In this document: positions 58,801-64,000 of the stretch, in pieces
How the letters are laid out: the number at the start of each line of letters is the position of its first letter
Numbering within the stretch: position 1 is the stretch's first letter
Assembly (NCBI RefSeq): GCF_963676685.1
Contig: NC_092352.1
Span: 80,848,001 to 80,912,000, forward strand
Direction of reading: 5' to 3'
Source of the DNA: Mytilus edulis
Lineage: Eukaryota
DNA length: 64,000 nt
Made by a program: the position numbers and the translations under genes
Notes under the pieces: generated by a model
What the model saw: only the letters and a program-made list of their open reading frames with translations
The model's database searches: none
What the model was told of the DNA's origin: nothing

Positions 58801-61800
58801 AAAGTAATGGCGAGTATTTGTTCTTCTCTAACTGTACTACCATTCGGGAGGCGTCTTCAGACATTGAGAAGTTGATAACTGGGCAGTGCATATCAATCAT
58901 AGTTATCTGTTGTCCATATTGTAAACTCCACAATCTGATTGTGCTGTCCATAGAGGCTGAAACACAATAAACGAACATCATATAAGTGCTCCGGAAAGGA
59001 TAGAAGATTGTAAATAATGTACTCAAACACTTGTTTTCCTGCGAGTAGTCAGCCGCGAGAAAAAAAACCACTCATAATTTTTTGAAAATAAAACACAAGC
59101 TGAAACATCTTTTCTATTTCACAATTGGTTACTTTAATTAAGTATAATAATACAGATAATACTACTTTACTTTTTCTTTGTCTAATACAACAGTGTTTGT
59201 CAAAAATCAACAATCGAAATTTGTTTTATCTAATTTATTTTGCCAATATAACTGTTTAAGGTATGTCATACAAATTCAAGTTAACTTTCAGTAAATGTAA
59301 ACATGGTAAATGTGACTGTCGTCAGTACATAAGTTTTACCATGACCAATTTGATGTGTCTCATCATGCTAGCTACATATCATTCGCAATACTACATCTTT
59401 AGATTACAGTATAGTCGTTTGATCTGTTATTTTACCGATTTGTTCTATTCTAGATTGTGATGTTTAGTCTATGGCATGGATGGTGATGCATACATAACAG
59501 GAGACGATTGCCCTATAGATGCATCTGGTATCTGATATTTGAACATTAACTTGTAAATAAACTCATCATAGATACCAGAATTGAAATATTTTATTTACGC
59601 CAGACGAACGTTTCGTTTACAAAAGACTCATCAGTGACGATCGAAAATGTTAAAAAACCAATAAAGTACGAAGTTGAAGAGCAATGAGGATCAAACATTC
59701 CTAAAAGTTTTTCCAGATACAGCTAAGTTATCTATTCCTGAAACTACTGTATCAGAAATTTCTGCCCATTCCCAACACTTATTGTTTTTCAATTCATCCT
59801 AACCTGAAATAATCAATTTTCCTTTATTTGTCAATTTGACAACTGTGATACCATTGGTATGGCCGATAAGTTGATATTTAACGACCCCAGTGTGGACGCA
59901 CCATGCAGTTAGTTGTCCATTCTTGCAACCGGAAACAACATGTTCGTTATCATCACCAATGGCAACAGTACAAACGATAACAGTGTGCTCGACTAAAACC
60001 TGTAATTGTACACATATGTATAAGTAATGTTAATGAATCGCTTAAACTAGGAATGGAATTAAAACAAATAAGTAGAATTGTTTTATCAATGGCTTATTAC
60101 ATGTATAACAAACTCAAAGGTAAACAGTTCTCTGGTGAACACAATTGGGTCTGTTAGGGGTTAAACCTGCAACAAGAGTTACTTGTTTGGTTAAAAGAAC
60201 AAGTTGTTTACATATATAACAGATACTTCAATATCATTTAAACCTTGCATAGGTTGTTTGTTTAAACTAATTCTTATAGATCTCATAGTAATCATAAGTA
60301 GGGTGCTTGTATATTTTCAATTTTTCAGCATATCAACTATAGAAGTGTTTCTATTAGTTTCTATTAGTTTAATATATACCAATGAAAGTGAATGTTTTGT
60401 TTGTGATACTCAATAACGAGACATTAAAAACATATTGATTCTCAGTTTGATTGAATTTAAGATTATGTGATAATTAACATATACATCTACACTCATCACA
60501 ATAAAGACATCTATTAAAATATGATAATGTAAGTTATAACATGATTCGCAATATCATGTCGATTTTTTCACATACATACAATTGTGAACTTTTAGCGCAA
60601 TATTGTAGTTGTTGAATTATACAAAAGATGGACGCAACTCATTTTGATTCTAAAGCAAAAAAAGCTTATATATTACAGCAGATGACAATATGAGAAAAAC
60701 TGCAGGTGTGTAAATACAAATCATTTTAGAGGGGCGTGTCCTATAACTGTAAAACCAAATTAATTCTGAAATTATTTTTTGAAAGTCTATGACAATATAA
60801 GGAGCCTATTTGTACCAGTAACCAGTAAACATTTCTATTGGAGAATAATATAAGATTGAACATACCTGAATCAGTTTTCCGTTAAACATTTCCCATATTT
60901 TGAGCGTTTTGTCGGCTGACCCTGTTACCATATACTTATCATCAACGGAACAGGCAAGACAAGTAACATGTTCAGCATGGTTAATGTATGCAACTATTGA
61001 CTCATCTTCCAACGCTACAACCTTCACACTGTAAAGGTTTTTATTACTTTATATTTTAGTTTGTTATAATAGACATTTCAATTATTAAAGTTATAAGATA
61101 CTCAGAATTCATAAATCTGATTAAAGCATTTCTTACAGGACTATTAAAAAAAAGGCGATTGATTTTTCTGGCGCACTCCATACCGGTACATATTTGGGTA
61201 TGCATTTTTGAAATAAAAGTACTAATAAAGAGTAGCGTTGTCGGAAAATACGCGAAGTACAAACATTACGCTATGGTAACGTTGTTACAATAACGCTATA
61301 CTGTGTGACGTTATATTATATGCATTAGCTTTCACGACGATTAAACGTATAGACAACACAACGCATGATTTATTAAGATTCTTCAACATTTAATGGTGCC
61401 GTAACCTTTTGATATATATGGATTCAAGGCTGAAGTCAGTTCGTGCTGGACAAAAAGGAGCCGTCAAGAAGCTACTGGTGAAATTCGACGAGTTAAAGTA
61501 AAAAAAAGACACAGAAGTTGACGAAGTGAAAGCCCTTGATGATGCCGTCACGCAGAAACAGAAAACATTGATTGACCTGAATAACAGACTTTTGGAACAA
61601 ACATCGGAGGAAAATCTGGAGCAGGAAATCACCGACTCAGATGAGTATATGTACGAACTTGATTGCAAAATTAGACAAATTCGGAAATTTATTAAATCCT
61701 TTGAAACAAATACTAGAATTTCGCATGATAATGTTTGTCCTTCAACGAGCAGACTTAACCCAGACGCATATAATTTCACACCCGAAGCTAGAGTTGATAT

Positions 61801-63228
61801 GAACACATGTGCAATAGATTTCAGTGCATACCCGTCCGTCAGAGAATGTCATGTTTCAAGTTCCGTCAGAACCGAGATCTTCAAGAACGAATTACCATAG
61901 GCTTCCAAAGTTAGACTTACCATATTTTAATGGAGACATTCTCAAGTGGTAGACATTTTGGGATTGTTTCGAGTTATCTATATACTATAACAACACATTA
62001 ACGCCAATCCAAAAGTTTAACTATTATATTAAAGCCCAGCTAGAGGGAACCGCCGCGCAAACAGTAGAGGGATTCGCTTTGACTAATGGTAACTACGAAA
62101 CCGCAGTCAACCTTCTCAGAGATCGGTTCGGACAATTTATTTATCTATATTGTGAATTTACATTTTATTAAATTTTTGTTAAATATTTCACTTTTGTCGT
62201 CCCCCAGAATGTCGAAAAATACGCGAAGTACAAACATTACGCTATGGTAACGTTGTTACCATAACGCTATACTGTGTGACGTTATATTATATGCATTAGC
62301 TATCACGACGATTAAACGTATAGAAAAAAAACAACGCATGATTTATTAAAATTCTTCAACAAGCGTAACGTGTTTTGCATACTATATACAAAGTATGGAA
62401 AAGAAATAAGATTGATTATGATTGTCAACGAGACAACTCTCCATTCAACTCACAACGTTTTTAAAAGTAAACCTTTAAAGGACAAAATACGACCTTCAAC
62501 ACGGTGATATAACTAAACCCGAACAGCAAGCTATAAAGGGCCCAAAAATGACTAGACTAAATGTGAAACAATTCATTCACAAAAACCAACGCTGTAAGTA
62601 TGTTAAATAAAAATTATATGTCAATATTAACTAACATTATTAGGATATCAATTTTTTCTACTATAATATCTCACCTAACTTTGACTTCATGATATAACAA
62701 TTTGATAACTCTTCCACGAATGATTATATAGTTTTGTTGAAAATTTACGTACGATATCTACAAGTGGTGACAGAAGAATAACTTATCTAACTTTTACCAC
62801 CACATCAAATTGTTTGGACCAAATTTATAATCAAATATATATGATGATATGTTGTATGATTGCAATGAGAGAACACTCAAAAAGAGACCAAATGACACAT
62901 TAATTGACAACTATCGGTCACCGTACGGTCTTAAACAATTAGCAAAGCTCATACCGCATAGTCAGCGTGTATGTATTTGTTAAATATTTGTTTTCTAACT
63001 TAAATAATTTATTCGGTTATTTGTTATCTACCTTTGATCTCCTCCAGTGGTTACAAGGTGACTGCCATGACTGGACAATAAGAAAAGTCTTGGGTTGATA
63101 TTTGTATAAGTCCTTAAGGTTTGAGCAGTGTGTGGTTTCCATATGTATACAATACTGTTGCAGTCGATAGATATCACTTGTGAGTCGTCAGTAAAAATGC
63201 ATAATGCTTGTATTGGTGCCTTGTGTTC
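55860..63228 (-). CDS. WD40-repeat protein, 3' exons only (possibly NACHT-WD40 / NWD-like). Exons 63228-63032, 61028-60866, 59999-59804, 58956-58753, 57992-57865, 55997-55860
   Basis: WD repeats (HAEHVTCLACSVDDKYMVTGSADKTLKIWE; GHTNGITVV..ISASMDSTIRLWS); GT-AG introns with consistent phases 2,0,1,1,0; the 5' part lies beyond the window. Confidence 0.85.
57278..57774. mobile_element. TTAA-flanked MITE
   Basis: TTAA|GGGGGTTGGGACTATTCGA...TCGAATAGGCCCGAGCCACC|TTAA. Confidence 0.7.
59597..59640 (-). ncRNA. Type I hammerhead ribozyme motif in a second retrozyme-like copy (~59555-59740)
   Basis: Minus strand CGTCA-CTGATGA-GTCT tttgt AAAC-GAAA-C gttc G-TC^TGGCG; one C-A mismatch in stem II. Confidence 0.7.
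61239..62361 (+). mobile_element. Miniature internally deleted BEL/Pao LTR retrotransposon
   Basis: LTRs 61239-61388 and 62210-62361 (TGT...ACA); 5-bp TSD AGCGT; PBS TGGTGCCGTAAC; degenerate gag N-terminus (RLPKLDLPYFNGD..W.TFWD.F, LEGTAAQTVEGFALTNGNYETAVNLLRDRFG). Confidence 0.92.
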
Positions 63229-64000
63229 CTGTAGATTAAAATAGAGAAAGTACTTTAAAGTGTCCAATATTATGATACATTTAGAAACATTTAAAACGTC
63301 TAGTTTATTGATTGAGCGTGTTTGTTTTTGTGTTTGTGTTTGAGTGTGTGTTTGTGCTGTTATCAATGGAAATTTTGCAAAAACTCCCTGTACGGAGATT
63401 TATTTTTTATGGTCTTGAATAAACACATTTACTAATTGTGAATTAAATTCGATTTTCAGTGAAATACACGTCAAATTTTGTGATATTTCGGCCTTTTGAA
63501 AAACAATTTTACAAAATTTCACCATGTTCATACAACAATTGAAAAATAATTATATATTAGCAGTGTTCCAGCTTGAATTTGAGGGCAGAAGGGTGCTAGT
63601 AAAAAAAAGAGGCACTTTAGTGCGGTTTTGTAAATTTTTTTTGTAAAAAAGATTGTATGATTGTTGAGTGTTTTTTTTCCTTTTTTTTGTGTACTGGTAT
63701 TTTTTTAGGGTACCATGAAAGTATTTTCAGTGTATTTTTACTTCTTTTTTTGTATGGCATGGTTTCTTATTGACAACTGTTTTCCTTTCAGTACTGGTTT
63801 TGAAATCACTTCCAAGCAAGACATCAGCATGTAGATCTTTTTTAGTAATAAACATAGAAGATGTACCTTTTACTTTGTTGTTTTTTTATTTCATTCTCAA
63901 TAAAATAATAAAAACATAATGTTTTACAATATTTTATTATCAAGAATACATATGATCAAGTGAAAAAACTTAACAATTTCATTAAAAAAAAATCACAGAA

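Overview
AT-rich eukaryotic genomic DNA with GT-AG introns and one 100-N scaffold gap (8652-8751). The repeat content suggests a bivalve mollusc, probably Mytilus (inference). Genes, left to right: (1) a multi-C2H2 zinc-finger gene (-), whose 5' third is broken by 7 homopolymer frameshifts; (2) ATF4 (+), with a complete vertebrate-style uORF1/uORF2 translational control leader; (3) ADH5 / class III ADH (GSNOR) (-), 10 coding exons, 379 aa, with a ~9.8 kb transposon-filled first intron; (4) two tandem TRIM (RING-Bbox-Bbox-coiled coil-NHL-like) paralogs with intronless CDS (-), separated by an intact-frame Penelope-like reverse transcriptase fragment; (5) the last six exons of a WD40 gene (-) ending in a polybasic CaaX tail. 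Mobile DNA includes several type I hammerhead-ribozyme (retrozyme-like) repeats, a miniature BEL/Pao LTR element with TSD and tRNA-His PBS, LINE 3' ends, Helentron/HINE-like elements and many nested MITEs. All exon models were assembled by hand from splice signals and reading-frame continuity; no database search was run.
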